32,443 bases of DNA, taken from the sequence record BK067788.1; one strand, given 5' to 3'. The position numbers and the translations under genes were made by a program. Below are positions 1 through 9,159 of this stretch, in pieces (positions within the stretch are counted from its first letter, which is position 1; each line of letters starts with the position of its first letter). A model generated the notes under the pieces. That model saw nothing but the letters and a program-made list of their open reading frames with translations, was not told where the DNA came from and ran no database searches.

Positions 1-186
1 CCTGATAGCCTGCATTCTGTTAGATTCTTCTTTTTCCAGTCTTTCCTTCATGGCCTTTAATGATTCAAAGTCTTTTGGGATTCGTTTTTCTTTTATATAT
101 TTGACTAACTTCTTGGCTAGAAATACTGTTAGTGCTTTTAATGCGTCTGCAAGTTCGTCTTTGTTTTGTTGTTTTTTTCTAGTCAT
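1..186 (-). CDS. 5' part of a basic helical protein (62 codons, MTRKKQQNKDELADALK...NRMQAIR), open at base 1; continues in frame at 32443 if circular
   Basis: Manual translation: ATG at 186, exactly 62 sense codons, no stop before base 1. Confidence 0.7.
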   Translation of the reverse strand, partial: MTRKKQQNKDELADALKALTVFLAKKLVKYIKEKRIPKDFESLKAMKERLEKEESNRMQAIR

Positions 187-332
187 AGTGCAGCATATCC
201 TTTTATGATTTGGTATAGCTTCTGATAATCTTCTTTATCTCCACCAAGTCTTATTATTGTCTGGATTGGTCCGTGGTGGCCTACTGTTACTTCGTTGTAT
301 GCCTGTTTCATTTGTTCTTGTGTTAATTTCAT
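183..332 (-). CDS. Small hypothetical protein, 49 aa (MKLTQEQMKQAYNEVTVGHHGP...)
   Basis: Manual translation; stop overlaps the next ATG (ATGA). Confidence 0.6.
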   Translation of the reverse strand: MKLTQEQMKQAYNEVTVGHHGPIQTIIRLGGDKEDYQKLYQIIKGYAAL

Positions 333-422
333 ATCTTCTATACAATACCACTTATCATAAACAATTGTATGTTATTTTGTATTACAAACAAGTTTTGTAT
401 TCCTAGAGTGGAAACAAAGGAC

Positions 423-548
423 TTATCTAAAATAGGCACACTTGCACATTTTGTTTTCATCTGATATATGAGTACAGTATTTTGTGGTTCCTTTATGCTT
501 TGATTCTGGATGATTACAGCCTCGACACTTTAGTTCGTTTAGGTCCAT
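423..548 (-). CDS. 41-aa Cys/His Zn-binding micro-protein (MDLNELKCRGCNHPESKHKGTTKYCTHISDENKMCKCAYFR)
   Basis: Manual translation; same C..H..H..C..CxC..aromatic pattern as the N-termini of 1433..1861 and 26306..26797. Confidence 0.7.
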   Translation of the reverse strand: MDLNELKCRGCNHPESKHKGTTKYCTHISDENKMCKCAYFR

Positions 549-744
549 AATTAAAGCCAATAGACTTTCATGAAATCTTTAGTTTAAAAGTATTTGTGCT
601 TGTCGAGTACAGTTACGCACACACATACACACAAAAATACGAATGTTTCAAAAAATTAATTGTAAAATGTAATATTTAGAAATTATTATTCTAGAATCAG
701 CAACATCTATACTATTCACACAAATTCATTGGTACGGTACTCGA

Positions 745-1251
745 CTATATTTTAGGATGAGAATCATAGCTTGGTTCCCTGCCTTTTACGAAGATATGCA
801 AGTTACCATCAGCCCAAGCTATAGGTTTACTGAATGGTCCTTCCTCAGAACATAATGGTCTTAGATACCGATGGATTGTTTCTGTAGATACCCCCACAAC
901 ATACGCACCACTATCGATGATTTCATCTAAAGCATAATGATAATTGTTTTCGTACATCTTTCCTATTATCCATTGCCTGAAATATGGTTCTTTGATTAGG
1001 TTCTTTTTATGTTCTGCACTTGCATTTTTGGTGTCTATTTTTTCTTTAGATAACTCATCTATACGGTTACAGCTAGGGCAAAGCAGTTTCATGTTTTCTA
1101 TTTTTAATGGTCGTTCATATTTGATTTCATGGATCTGTAATATTGAGACTTCGGATTCAGTCTTTTGGCATAGCTGACAGAAAGCACCATCTCTTTTACA
1201 TAATTCAGGGTAGAAATGATCCCTTTCTCTTTTGTTTAGTTGGCTAGTCAT
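745..1251 (-). CDS. HNH-like nuclease domain with a helical (possibly winged-helix) C-terminus
   Basis: CQLC...IHEI...LLCPSCN His-Me finger pattern followed by a helical region. Confidence 0.55.
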   Translation of the reverse strand: MTSQLNKRERDHFYPELCKRDGAFCQLCQKTESEVSILQIHEIKYERPLKIENMKLLCPSCNRIDELSKEKIDTKNASAEHKKNLIKEPYFRQWIIGKMYENNYHYALDEIIDSGAYVVGVSTETIHRYLRPLCSEEGPFSKPIAWADGNLHIFVKGREPSYDSHPKI

Positions 1252-1436
1252 CGTAGTATCTCTCTCTCATATTGTTTCTGTTTTTGTATATTATCAACCT
1301 CTTGTATTGATTCTGGATGATTAATCTTGTACACTTCATAGCAGATGAAATCATATTCTGTATAAAAGCATTCATCGGAAAAGCCTTTCTCTTTTAATGT
1401 TAAAATGTATTCAGTAGATTGTAAAAAGAAATTCAT
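1248..1436 (-). CDS. Hypothetical protein
   Basis: ORF track; coupled by ATGA overlaps on both sides. Confidence 0.55.
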   Translation of the reverse strand: MNFFLQSTEYILTLKEKGFSDECFYTEYDFICYEVYKINHPESIQEVDNIQKQKQYEREILR

Positions 1437-1861
1437 TGGTATTTCTCCAAGACAAATTGATAAGTAGCATTCTCTTTCATTGCTTTTTCTGTTAATAATT
1501 CTTCATCATCAGGTCCATACTTTTCTCTGTTATGTTGTACTAATAATTGCCTGCAACGCCTGATAGATTCTGGATCATCCAATGTTTTAATAACATCATT
1601 TGATATTATATTCAGTTTTGAAACAAAGTGCCAATATAAGAATACAAAGTCCTTATTTTTTAGGTTCTTTGATTCAGGGATGTTTTCTAATATGTACTTG
1701 ACTTTATCTTCGACTTGCTCTAATTGCTCTAGATATTTTTGGTGTCTTGGAATAACACTTTGATTATCTTTTAGTTCTTCATATTGCATACACCAACAAC
1801 CTGGATATGTACAGACTTGAGTTTCCCAATCATGATTAGAATGTCCACACTTACAAGTCAA
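1433..1861 (-). CDS. Hypothetical protein with N-terminal CxCGH..H..C..CxC Zn module
   Basis: MTCKCGHSNHDWETQVCTYPGCWCMQY. Confidence 0.7.
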   Translation of the reverse strand: MTCKCGHSNHDWETQVCTYPGCWCMQYEELKDNQSVIPRHQKYLEQLEQVEDKVKYILENIPESKNLKNKDFVFLYWHFVSKLNIISNDVIKTLDDPESIRRCRQLLVQHNREKYGPDDEELLTEKAMKENATYQFVLEKYQ

Positions 1862-1977
1862 GCTTTATGACTCCTAGCAAGTACACAGTTCTTAGCTTGA
1901 TCCATCGTATGCCTATCTTTTCTTTTACCGCAATTATCACACATGACAGATTCTTGCAATTCTCTTATCTTTCTCAT
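1858..1977 (-). CDS. 39-aa putative Zn-binding micro-protein (MRKIRELQESVMCDNCGKRKDRHTMDQAKNC...)
   Basis: Manual translation; CxxC..H..C; overlapping stop/start coupling. Confidence 0.55.
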   Translation of the reverse strand: MRKIRELQESVMCDNCGKRKDRHTMDQAKNCVLARSHKA

Positions 1978-2041
1978 ATAAAGTCCTCGTCTGGATCTGG
2001 TTCCATTTCAAAGTCTGGATCATTTTCTTCAATGTCTAACT

Positions 2042-2503
2042 TCATGCCGTAGGTATTCCAACTCTAGCAGTAAGAAATGAAGTTACTAATTCCTTGGTGG
2101 AACGTTCCGTAATACGATCCTTGAATAGTTCCTTACATTCGTTATAATTTACATCTACAACTTCGCAGTATTTACTTAGAATATCTTTTTGGACTTTATC
2201 ATGTTGTGCTTTACCTAATCCTTTAAGTGCTTCTCCATGTCCTTTTCCCTGGATTCTCACGCACACTTTTCTTTGATTAAGTTTGATAAAAATATCTATT
2301 GAACCGTTTTTATGAGGTTGTGAAAGTGTGTCGAACTCGGTCTGTGATATGATCCATTGTATAGGAACCTGCCTGTATATCCCATCATACAAAGGAAATT
2401 GTTTCAGGGTTCGGTATTTTAGGTGTGTAATATTTTTTAATATTTCAAATGCTGCATCCTCTCCATGTCCCACTAGATTATTTGTCTCGTAATCTATTCT
2501 CAT
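2042..2503 (-). CDS. Vsr/DUF559-like PD-(D/E)XK-fold endonuclease
   Basis: GEDAA helix, IDIF strand, VRIQGKGH, HDKVQKDIL pattern as in Vsr/DUF559 nucleases. Confidence 0.5.
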   Translation of the reverse strand: MRIDYETNNLVGHGEDAAFEILKNITHLKYRTLKQFPLYDGIYRQVPIQWIISQTEFDTLSQPHKNGSIDIFIKLNQRKVCVRIQGKGHGEALKGLGKAQHDKVQKDILSKYCEVVDVNYNECKELFKDRITERSTKELVTSFLTARVGIPTA

Positions 2504-2697
2504 GCCTTCACTAAATATGGAGTTGGTAAGCTAAATTTTCTTTTTATCTTCGGTAGTTTATCAGGAACTATTATTTTCTTGGCGATATACTGTCTGTAAT
2601 TATCTAACATGTTAACATAGTTCTTGCAGATTTGGCAATTAGATTCTGATTCGCATTCATGTGGTATGAATTGAGGGATCAAGCATTCATTCTCCAA
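2500..2697 (-). CDS. Small Cys/His-containing hypothetical protein
   Basis: TTG start; HECESESNCQIC; coupled to 2042..2503. Confidence 0.5.
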   Translation of the reverse strand: MENECLIPQFIPHECESESNCQICKNYVNMLDNYRQYIAKKIIVPDKLPKIKRKFSLPTPYLVKA

Positions 2698-2823
2698 GAT
2701 ATTAGAAATGGAAACACAATACCTAAACCAAATATGAAATAGAAAAAGGATTTCATAATACTTTGACTCCTACTTTTCTTTGCCAATATCTAATACGATC
2801 AATTAGCCGTTTTGTTTCTATAG

Positions 2824-3234
2824 TCATACTGTCAACTCCATTAATGGTTTTTTAATATCTCTAAATTCCGTAATCTTATCAAGTAAGGACCAAAGTTCTT
2901 TTGATTCAGGTGTTATCTTTACTTGGTGGATGATTCCTTTCTTCAGATATACTTTTAGAATACGATAAGGTTTTGAACCTCCTTGAACTTTTAATGATAT
3001 AAAAGAGTGTAATCCAACTAGTATTTCTTTATCTTTGTGATTTTTATCATTATTATTTTTATTTGAACATTTTTCACTACAATATTTTTTATTTGGGTGA
3101 CCTGTAACATGATTCCCACATATAGGACAGGTTCTACCAATTCCTTTTAAAAATAAGACTGGTTTTGATACATATTGAATATCATAAACCTTTTTTGACT
3201 CCTTTTCAATTTTTAGAGTATTCAAAAAAAACAT
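2824..3234 (-). CDS. Zn-finger protein (CPIC...YCSEKC)
   Basis: Treble-clef-like CxxC...YCSxxC motif. Confidence 0.6.
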   Translation of the reverse strand: MFFLNTLKIEKESKKVYDIQYVSKPVLFLKGIGRTCPICGNHVTGHPNKKYCSEKCSNKNNNDKNHKDKEILVGLHSFISLKVQGGSKPYRILKVYLKKGIIHQVKITPESKELWSLLDKITEFRDIKKPLMELTV

Positions 3235-3488
3235 CCTCCTAACTCCAAAACTCTAGGAGGATCTAATGGCCTTGACTCAGGGGAATTTAGATTTGTTTGT
3301 GGTCTGGAATGTCTAACAACATTGCCCGAAAGATACTTATTGCATACGATGTGAGGCGTAGGCGTAACTGAGTCAAGGACATTAGCAGTATTTACGAATG
3401 AATAGTTATTAACTTTTGTTATCATTATTATTAATCTCCTTTTTTCTTTGTTCTAAAATTTCCTTTGCGATCTTGCACATTATATGGT

Positions 3489-3593
3489 TCATTGTTTTTT
3501 CACTCCACAGAATCTACATCTATCATCAGCCCAAAACAGATTATTTTTACACTCTTTGCATAACAATAATTCGTTTAATTCTTTTAATTTCAT
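3489..3593 (-). CDS. 34-aa Zn-ribbon micro-protein (MKLKELNELLLCKECKNNLFWADDRCRFCGVKKQ)
   Basis: Manual translation; two CxxC; ATGA coupling. Confidence 0.6.
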   Translation of the reverse strand: MKLKELNELLLCKECKNNLFWADDRCRFCGVKKQ

Positions 3594-3715
3594 TTCTTAC
3601 TCCTATTCCAGTAAGGACTTTTGCAGTTGGCACATCTTAAAGGCAATTCTTCAGTTCTTGGAAGCCATTCATGATTACAAACATTGCACTTGCAAACTTG
3701 TTTTTTTATTAACAT
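3590..3715 (-). CDS. 41-aa Zn-ribbon micro-protein (MLIKKQVCKCNVCNHEWLPRTEELPLRCANCKSPYWNRSKK)
   Basis: Manual translation; CxxC-HxW-PR...CxxC-SPYWN pattern typical of small archaeal Zn ribbons; TATA-like box upstream. Confidence 0.75.
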   Translation of the reverse strand: MLIKKQVCKCNVCNHEWLPRTEELPLRCANCKSPYWNRSKK

Positions 3716-3747
3716 GTAACAAGTGGTGTACACATAAGGTATTTATC
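3716..3747 (-). promoter_or_regulatory. Leaderless-type promoter with a GTAC box
   Basis: Minus strand GATAAATA 25-32 nt upstream of ATG 3715; palindrome GTGTACAC at 3726..3733. Confidence 0.5.
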
Positions 3748-3919
3748 TTTTTTGTAAATCATTTCTTATTTTATTATTATATCATAATCTTGATATTTTT
3801 ACATTATTACCTATCTTGCATTTAGGATGATGAATAGAATAATGCGTATTGCAAGTCTTAGATCTGCAAGTATCACAAGTATTACTAGCGATTTGCTCAC
3901 AGATATAGCATGACATTTT

Positions 3920-4738
3920 CTAATAGCCTTGTTTCTTATATGGATCAGTAAATACACATTGATGTCTTATACAATCAGTAGGACCGTAACCGCCTGATGT
4001 CTTGTTTGTGTTTGTTATGCTATGATTGTTTAGTATGCTCTTTAGATATGATGATTGATGTAATGTACTAAACGGATTATCATATTGCCAAGGGGAAACA
4101 TGTACTGTCTTGGTTACATTGCCATTAAAGTTAGTTGTCTTACAATCTGATAACATATAATGTATGGTATCATTTAGCAATCCTGGAATGCTTGATATGG
4201 TAGCAATATCACAGCCTTGCATGAATCTATCATTAAAATAACTCCATTTGTCTTTTACAATGTTTGCGTTCTTGTCTACAAAGCTATAACTTGTAGGCTG
4301 GATTATGATCTGTTTTGATTCCAGTGTAGATGATATATCAAAGTCACATTCTACACAGATAACTTGATTTCCATATTTATAATATAGCCAGTTGTTTTGT
4401 ACTTGTGGTTTGGTTCGGATAGTATCATTTCCTTGCTTGATGAACATGCCGGAGACATGCTGGTTTGAAGTATCATATTGGATCATGTCAGTAAGTGGGG
4501 TACATCCTTTAATGTGATTCTTAATCATATTTTCACAAGTTTGTGACCAATTGATTAAAAGAACTGGTATGTGAGTAACAGAATGTGTATAATTTGACGG
4601 TAAAACTGGAACTGGACCTGTACTACAAATTCCATTGTTGCAATATTTGGTTATGGTACTAGGATCAGCAAAGGCATTTACTGAAGCTGAAACAAACAAG
4701 ACAGTTAGGATTAAGCTAGGTAGAATTGCCTTATTCAC
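3920..4738 (-). CDS. Secreted Cys-containing glycoprotein of unknown function
   Basis: Signal peptide ending VNAFA; many N-x-S/T sequons; paired Cys. Confidence 0.7.
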   Translation of the reverse strand: MNKAILPSLILTVLFVSASVNAFADPSTITKYCNNGICSTGPVPVLPSNYTHSVTHIPVLLINWSQTCENMIKNHIKGCTPLTDMIQYDTSNQHVSGMFIKQGNDTIRTKPQVQNNWLYYKYGNQVICVECDFDISSTLESKQIIIQPTSYSFVDKNANIVKDKWSYFNDRFMQGCDIATISSIPGLLNDTIHYMLSDCKTTNFNGNVTKTVHVSPWQYDNPFSTLHQSSYLKSILNNHSITNTNKTSGGYGPTDCIRHQCVFTDPYKKQGY

Positions 4739-4953
4739 ATACTAGACTGAAAATCTGGTGTTTATATTTATTGTGTATCTTATTTCATGGTACTATGGCA
4801 TATTGCATATGGGTTGCCATGCTTGTGATATTTCTTTAATGATTTGGTAACACTTCCGATACACTCATCAAACTTTTCTGGTAATTTTATCACCTCGCTT
4901 GTTTGCCAAAAATCCTTTTCCTTTTCCTAGATCGATTACTGTTATTTTAAAGG

Positions 4954-6876
4954 TCATAGTATTCTAGAACGTTTTGATTGTACGAATCTTCCAGTAGATT
5001 GTTTAGATTGTTCGGATTCTGATTTAGATATTGTTCTTTGAGAATAGCTTAGCTCACTTCTTTTATAGGTTCCAATTATACTAGCCTCAGGTACGTTACC
5101 AACAAATTCTCGTCTAAAGCCTCCCTTGCTTACTTTGCCAACTAGCCCCCCTCCTCCACCTACTCCTAAGACTCCTAGATCCGGTGGTCTTTTTTTATCT
5201 GTGGTTGTCTCTCCTGGTGGTGGAGTTTTGGTTGGTGGTGGTGTTGGTTTTGGTGGAGGTGGAGATGGATTACCTGGAATTTTTGTAACTGTCAATAAAT
5301 CAGTTATTCCAATTCCACCCTGATCCTGTTTTTGAGATTGTTTGGTTATAGTTATAGGAACTGGTGGAACTAGAGTTGGAAATGGTTTTGGTTTTTGTTC
5401 TGTTGTCTGTCTTGGTTTTAGAATTGGAACTGGTGGTACTGGTGTTTGTTTTTGTTCTTGCCTTGGCTTTCCAGGTTCTTTAATATATCTTAATCCAGTT
5501 CTTTCTATCAAAGATTGTTCTTGTTTTGCTTTTAATTTTTCTTCTGTCTTTCCAGTTTGTTCAGTCTTTGCTTTCTCCTGATCCTTTAGAAACTGTTCTT
5601 GTTTGGATAATTGTTTCTGTTCAAATTCTGGTTTTTGTTTTTGAACTGTTTTGGTAACTTGTTTTTCTCTTACTATTTGTTCTAATCCTTTTCCGGCTGA
5701 AACTGTCTTTTCTGTTGGAGTTGTAGGAGGTCTGCCAGTTCCTTCTAGGATTCCAGTACCACCCTTGCTACTTGATACTACTTTACCTGGTCCCACTCCT
5801 AACTTTACGGTTATCTCTGGTGTTGGTGTAACTTCTTTGCCTTGTCTTGCCATCTCAGGCGGTGGTGATTTCATCTTTTCATTTATCATTGACTGGATAT
5901 TCTTTTCAGTCCTGAACTTGTCGGTATATTTTGGAACATTAAGGCCAATATCTGAAGTGCCAACTTTGGCACCTGTCTCGGCTGCTTTTGGTGCTTCCTT
6001 TGCAAATGCCTTTGTAAAGAAACTGGATATTTCTTTCCCGGCTGATATTGCACCTTTTTCTAGAGAACCTATTGGTACAAATGCAAATACATCAGCTAGA
6101 CTTGTAGAAGGTACTTCTCCCCCTTGGGCTTTTTGTCCTGAAAATGGAACTTTAAGAAAACTAGATGCTTCACCTGTTTGTTTTTCAGATGTCGGTGTAA
6201 ATGTTTTGAATGTCTTTCCAAACAAAGTTGTTACTCCTGTTTCGCTTTGTGTTGTTTTTGTAGAAGGTACTACTTGGACAGTTGTAACTTTTTCAAGTGG
6301 TGGTAATCCTTGACTTGCCCTTAATGCGTTTGTCTTGTCTAGATTTGCCTGTGTTGCCCTTATTACTGGACTTGGACCTGATTTCAATACTGTTGTAGGT
6401 TGTGAAGTTTTTTCTGTTGTTTGTGGCATTACTGCGGTTCTCATTTGAGATATAGGAGTACCAGACACAGGAGTTCCGAATGATATTCTTCCTCCTCCTT
6501 GTGTCATTGGCAATACTGGTCTTTCCATCCTTTGACCTTGCGATGTAACAAAACTATTTGGCACTGGTGTTCCAAAGGAACCATAAGAAAATGATCCTGA
6601 TTTTATTGCAGCTTCTCTAGCTTGTGCGAATCTGTCATTACTTGAACCTACTCTTGAAACATGCTCTTCTACCATTCTTTGCTGTTCTATCTTTTGTGCT
6701 TCTGCTCTTACTGCTGCCTCTTCCGGTGTACCTGTCTTTATAGCACTAGGAGCTTGCTGTCTTTGTTCTTGTGTTGCCTGGTTTTCTCTTTGTGCAGCTA
6801 AGAGCCGTGCCTGTGCTGCCGCCTTTTCTGTTGGTGATGCGGGCTGAAATTGATTAGAACCTCCATAAGTTACCAT
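4954..6876 (-). CDS. 640-aa low-complexity, Pro/Thr/Gln/Lys-rich, probably disordered protein
   Basis: Long ORF; PPPPKPTPPPTKTPPPG, poly-Gly and EQK-rich segments; no TM or signal peptide seen. Confidence 0.75.
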   Translation of the reverse strand: MVTYGGSNQFQPASPTEKAAAQARLLAAQRENQATQEQRQQAPSAIKTGTPEEAAVRAEAQKIEQQRMVEEHVSRVGSSNDRFAQAREAAIKSGSFSYGSFGTPVPNSFVTSQGQRMERPVLPMTQGGGRISFGTPVSGTPISQMRTAVMPQTTEKTSQPTTVLKSGPSPVIRATQANLDKTNALRASQGLPPLEKVTTVQVVPSTKTTQSETGVTTLFGKTFKTFTPTSEKQTGEASSFLKVPFSGQKAQGGEVPSTSLADVFAFVPIGSLEKGAISAGKEISSFFTKAFAKEAPKAAETGAKVGTSDIGLNVPKYTDKFRTEKNIQSMINEKMKSPPPEMARQGKEVTPTPEITVKLGVGPGKVVSSSKGGTGILEGTGRPPTTPTEKTVSAGKGLEQIVREKQVTKTVQKQKPEFEQKQLSKQEQFLKDQEKAKTEQTGKTEEKLKAKQEQSLIERTGLRYIKEPGKPRQEQKQTPVPPVPILKPRQTTEQKPKPFPTLVPPVPITITKQSQKQDQGGIGITDLLTVTKIPGNPSPPPPKPTPPPTKTPPPGETTTDKKRPPDLGVLGVGGGGGLVGKVSKGGFRREFVGNVPEASIIGTYKRSELSYSQRTISKSESEQSKQSTGRFVQSKRSRIL

Positions 6877-6914
6877 GATTTTATATTATAATGGTTCCAA
6901 ATAAAGAATTGTCA

Positions 6915-7358
6915 CTATAAGGCAGAGTAATCTTTATTGTTTGTTCCTAAAGCACGTTTGAGTTGTTCATAATCCTGTCCACTTGCATCAGTGAAAATCT
7001 TGGAAGGGATCTTAAAGTCAAGCTTTCCAGTCTTGTTCTTTTTCTTCTTGGCTTTGGCTATCTCGATGCGGGCTTCAAGTTCTGCTCTTCTTGCATCTAA
7101 TTCTAATTGTCTTAACATATCAGGCGTGGTTTTGTTCTTTTCTCGTCTTTCATCTCTCCATTTTTCTATCTTTCCAGATATGATACCACGATATTGTTTA
7201 GATTCTTGCTTTGTCTCTGGTTCACCCCTAAAAACAGATTCTTTTAATTCTAATCTGATATTTTCTTTCAAAGATTCTATATCTTCAAGATCCTGATCAG
7301 AAGGATATTGTATCTTCTGTAATTCTTTTAGATGTTCTATTTTTTCTTGTAGATTCAT
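6915..7358 (-). CDS. Charged coiled-coil protein
   Basis: E/K/R/L-rich helical pattern. Confidence 0.7.
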   Translation of the reverse strand: MNLQEKIEHLKELQKIQYPSDQDLEDIESLKENIRLELKESVFRGEPETKQESKQYRGIISGKIEKWRDERREKNKTTPDMLRQLELDARRAELEARIEIAKAKKKKNKTGKLDFKIPSKIFTDASGQDYEQLKRALGTNNKDYSAL

Positions 7359-7570
7359 ATTTTTATTGGGAATATTTGTATACTCATTAAAGTTGGAAGT
7401 AATGCATAATCATACATCATTTCATAAGCCCAAAATTTTATCCAGTAAAACTTTAAGATTCTAATATTCATTTTTGTCTCAAAACTCCTATAAACTTTCT
7501 TCCTTCTCCGCACTTGTCACATACACAGTTTGGATAATGACCGTTGATTGACACACCATCAATTTTCATT

Positions 7571-8149
7571 TTAAGAACCCTGGAATACTACCAATCTATC
7601 TACTGCACCGCCTGAATCTTCTCCTAATACTGCAATATATTTTCCATCTGGACTGATTGCTATTCCTATTTTAAATCCTGTAAACTGTGCTGTATTCAAA
7701 CCAAGTCCTTGAATAAAACTATTATTTTTATAAACTTCAACTGTTCCAGCATTTGTATCTAAAACAATTTTGTATTCTCCTGTCTGTGATTGATCTGTTT
7801 CTTGTGAAGATCCTGGTGTAGTATGTGATGATTCTTCAAATACCTGTGTTCCATTTATGTAAACTATCTTGTTATTATTATCACCATGTGAAATTATAGC
7901 TCCATCATTTCCTACATGTAACTCACCAATCAATGTATCTCTAAACCCTGTTACTGTAGTGTTTAATGCTATTGTATTATAATGTGTAAAACTTCCTTCT
8001 CCTGCTCCACAACCCGTACAAGTACCAGTAACTAGGACATTATTAAAATTGCCTTGGCCTGCTGAAATGGTTCCACTATATGCTAGGACTGAACCAATAG
8101 AACCGATTCCGGCTAGAATGATAATGGCAATCAAGGAACGCTGGTTCAT
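7571..8149 (-). CDS. Secreted or membrane-anchored beta-rich protein
   Basis: N-terminal hydrophobic leader (SVLAYS); Gly/Thr/Asn-rich strands; propeller-blade-like C-terminus IAISPDGKYIAV. Confidence 0.65.
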   Translation of the reverse strand: MNQRSLIAIIILAGIGSIGSVLAYSGTISAGQGNFNNVLVTGTCTGCGAGEGSFTHYNTIALNTTVTGFRDTLIGELHVGNDGAIISHGDNNNKIVYINGTQVFEESSHTTPGSSQETDQSQTGEYKIVLDTNAGTVEVYKNNSFIQGLGLNTAQFTGFKIGIAISPDGKYIAVLGEDSGGAVDRLVVFQGS

Positions 8150-8305
8150 GGTTTAATTATTTCCTCCTTGTTTAAAAACACTTTGGGTTCTGAAAGGCTT
8201 GCTGCAATCTGTAACGCCTTGTAATAGTTTAGTTTTTGGTTCATGTCTTCTATAGAACAATCATCTAGTTCAATGCTTGTCTGTATCATAATGTTACACA
8301 TTAGA

Positions 8306-8488
8306 TTACTTGCCTCCTAACTTGTCATCGAGCAAGAACTTTCCATTCTTCTTGTCGTCAAGAAGTGACTTACCCTTTCGCTGTTTAATTGATTCAAGGA
8401 TCATGAATGATGTGCCAGCAACCATAATCATAAGACAAGTTGGTCCTAAAACATATTCAGATGTAATTTGCCAAAGTATATCACTCAT
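8306..8488 (-). CDS. Small single-TM membrane protein
   Basis: Hydrophobic segment followed by a basic tail. Confidence 0.6.
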   Translation of the reverse strand: MSDILWQITSEYVLGPTCLMIMVAGTSFMILESIKQRKGKSLLDDKKNGKFLLDDKLGGK

Positions 8489-8739
8489 GAACGATCTTCA
8501 CCTTTTGTTAATATAATATCAACGGAAAATGCCCAAGCACATAAAGAAGAAACCCCGAAAACAATTGCAGTTAATCCTAATGCTAATGTTTTTAGAATAA
8601 ATGCTTCATCGGTATGCGTGGGAGTTAATATGTTTGAAAAGAATACAAACCCTGAGATTGTCCCTACTATACTGAACATAATCGTCAACATCAATTTTGG
8701 CATATTGATTTGTTTGTTAATCAAGTAAATTTTCCTCAT
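8485..8739 (-). CDS. Small two-TM membrane protein
   Basis: Two hydrophobic helices. Confidence 0.65.
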   Translation of the reverse strand: MRKIYLINKQINMPKLMLTIMFSIVGTISGFVFFSNILTPTHTDEAFILKTLALGLTAIVFGVSSLCAWAFSVDIILTKGEDRS

Positions 8740-8811
8740 CCATAAGTTCCATAGTACACATTACACAAGTATATCCTTTCTTACATGCACACGGGTAATC
8801 ACTGCCATTGT

Positions 8812-9159
8812 TCATTTCTTATCCTCTTTTTTTCTATACCATACTCCATCACGTTCTTCGTATAGATGTCCGAATAAGGCATTGTGACAACTTTTACAAT
8901 ATACATGACCTTCTTCTAGAGTTGCAGTATCTTCATCCATTTGTAAATTACAATTATAACATTTACCATTTTGTTTTTTATATCCTCTAGTGATTTCACT
9001 TCCTATCCTTTGTAACGGTAAACCAATTCCTAATAACAGGATAGTAGGAGCAATTGAAAGATAAACATACCACGTTCCAGCAAGTATAAAATATGTATAC
9101 AATGTTAGAAATACATCCATACTTCCCATAGATAGCCACATCTTTATCATCGCATTCAT
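8812..9159 (-). CDS. Membrane protein with C-terminal LIM-like Zn finger (CYNC...HVYCKSCH)
   Basis: Hydrophobic N-half; CxxC...HxxCxxC motif. Confidence 0.65.
   Translation of the reverse strand: MNAMIKMWLSMGSMDVFLTLYTYFILAGTWYVYLSIAPTILLLGIGLPLQRIGSEITRGYKKQNGKCYNCNLQMDEDTATLEEGHVYCKSCHNALFGHLYEERDGVWYRKKEDKK

Noticed and set aside
617-633. CA-rich microsatellite-like run
   Set aside because: Short and imperfect; no evidence of function by itself.
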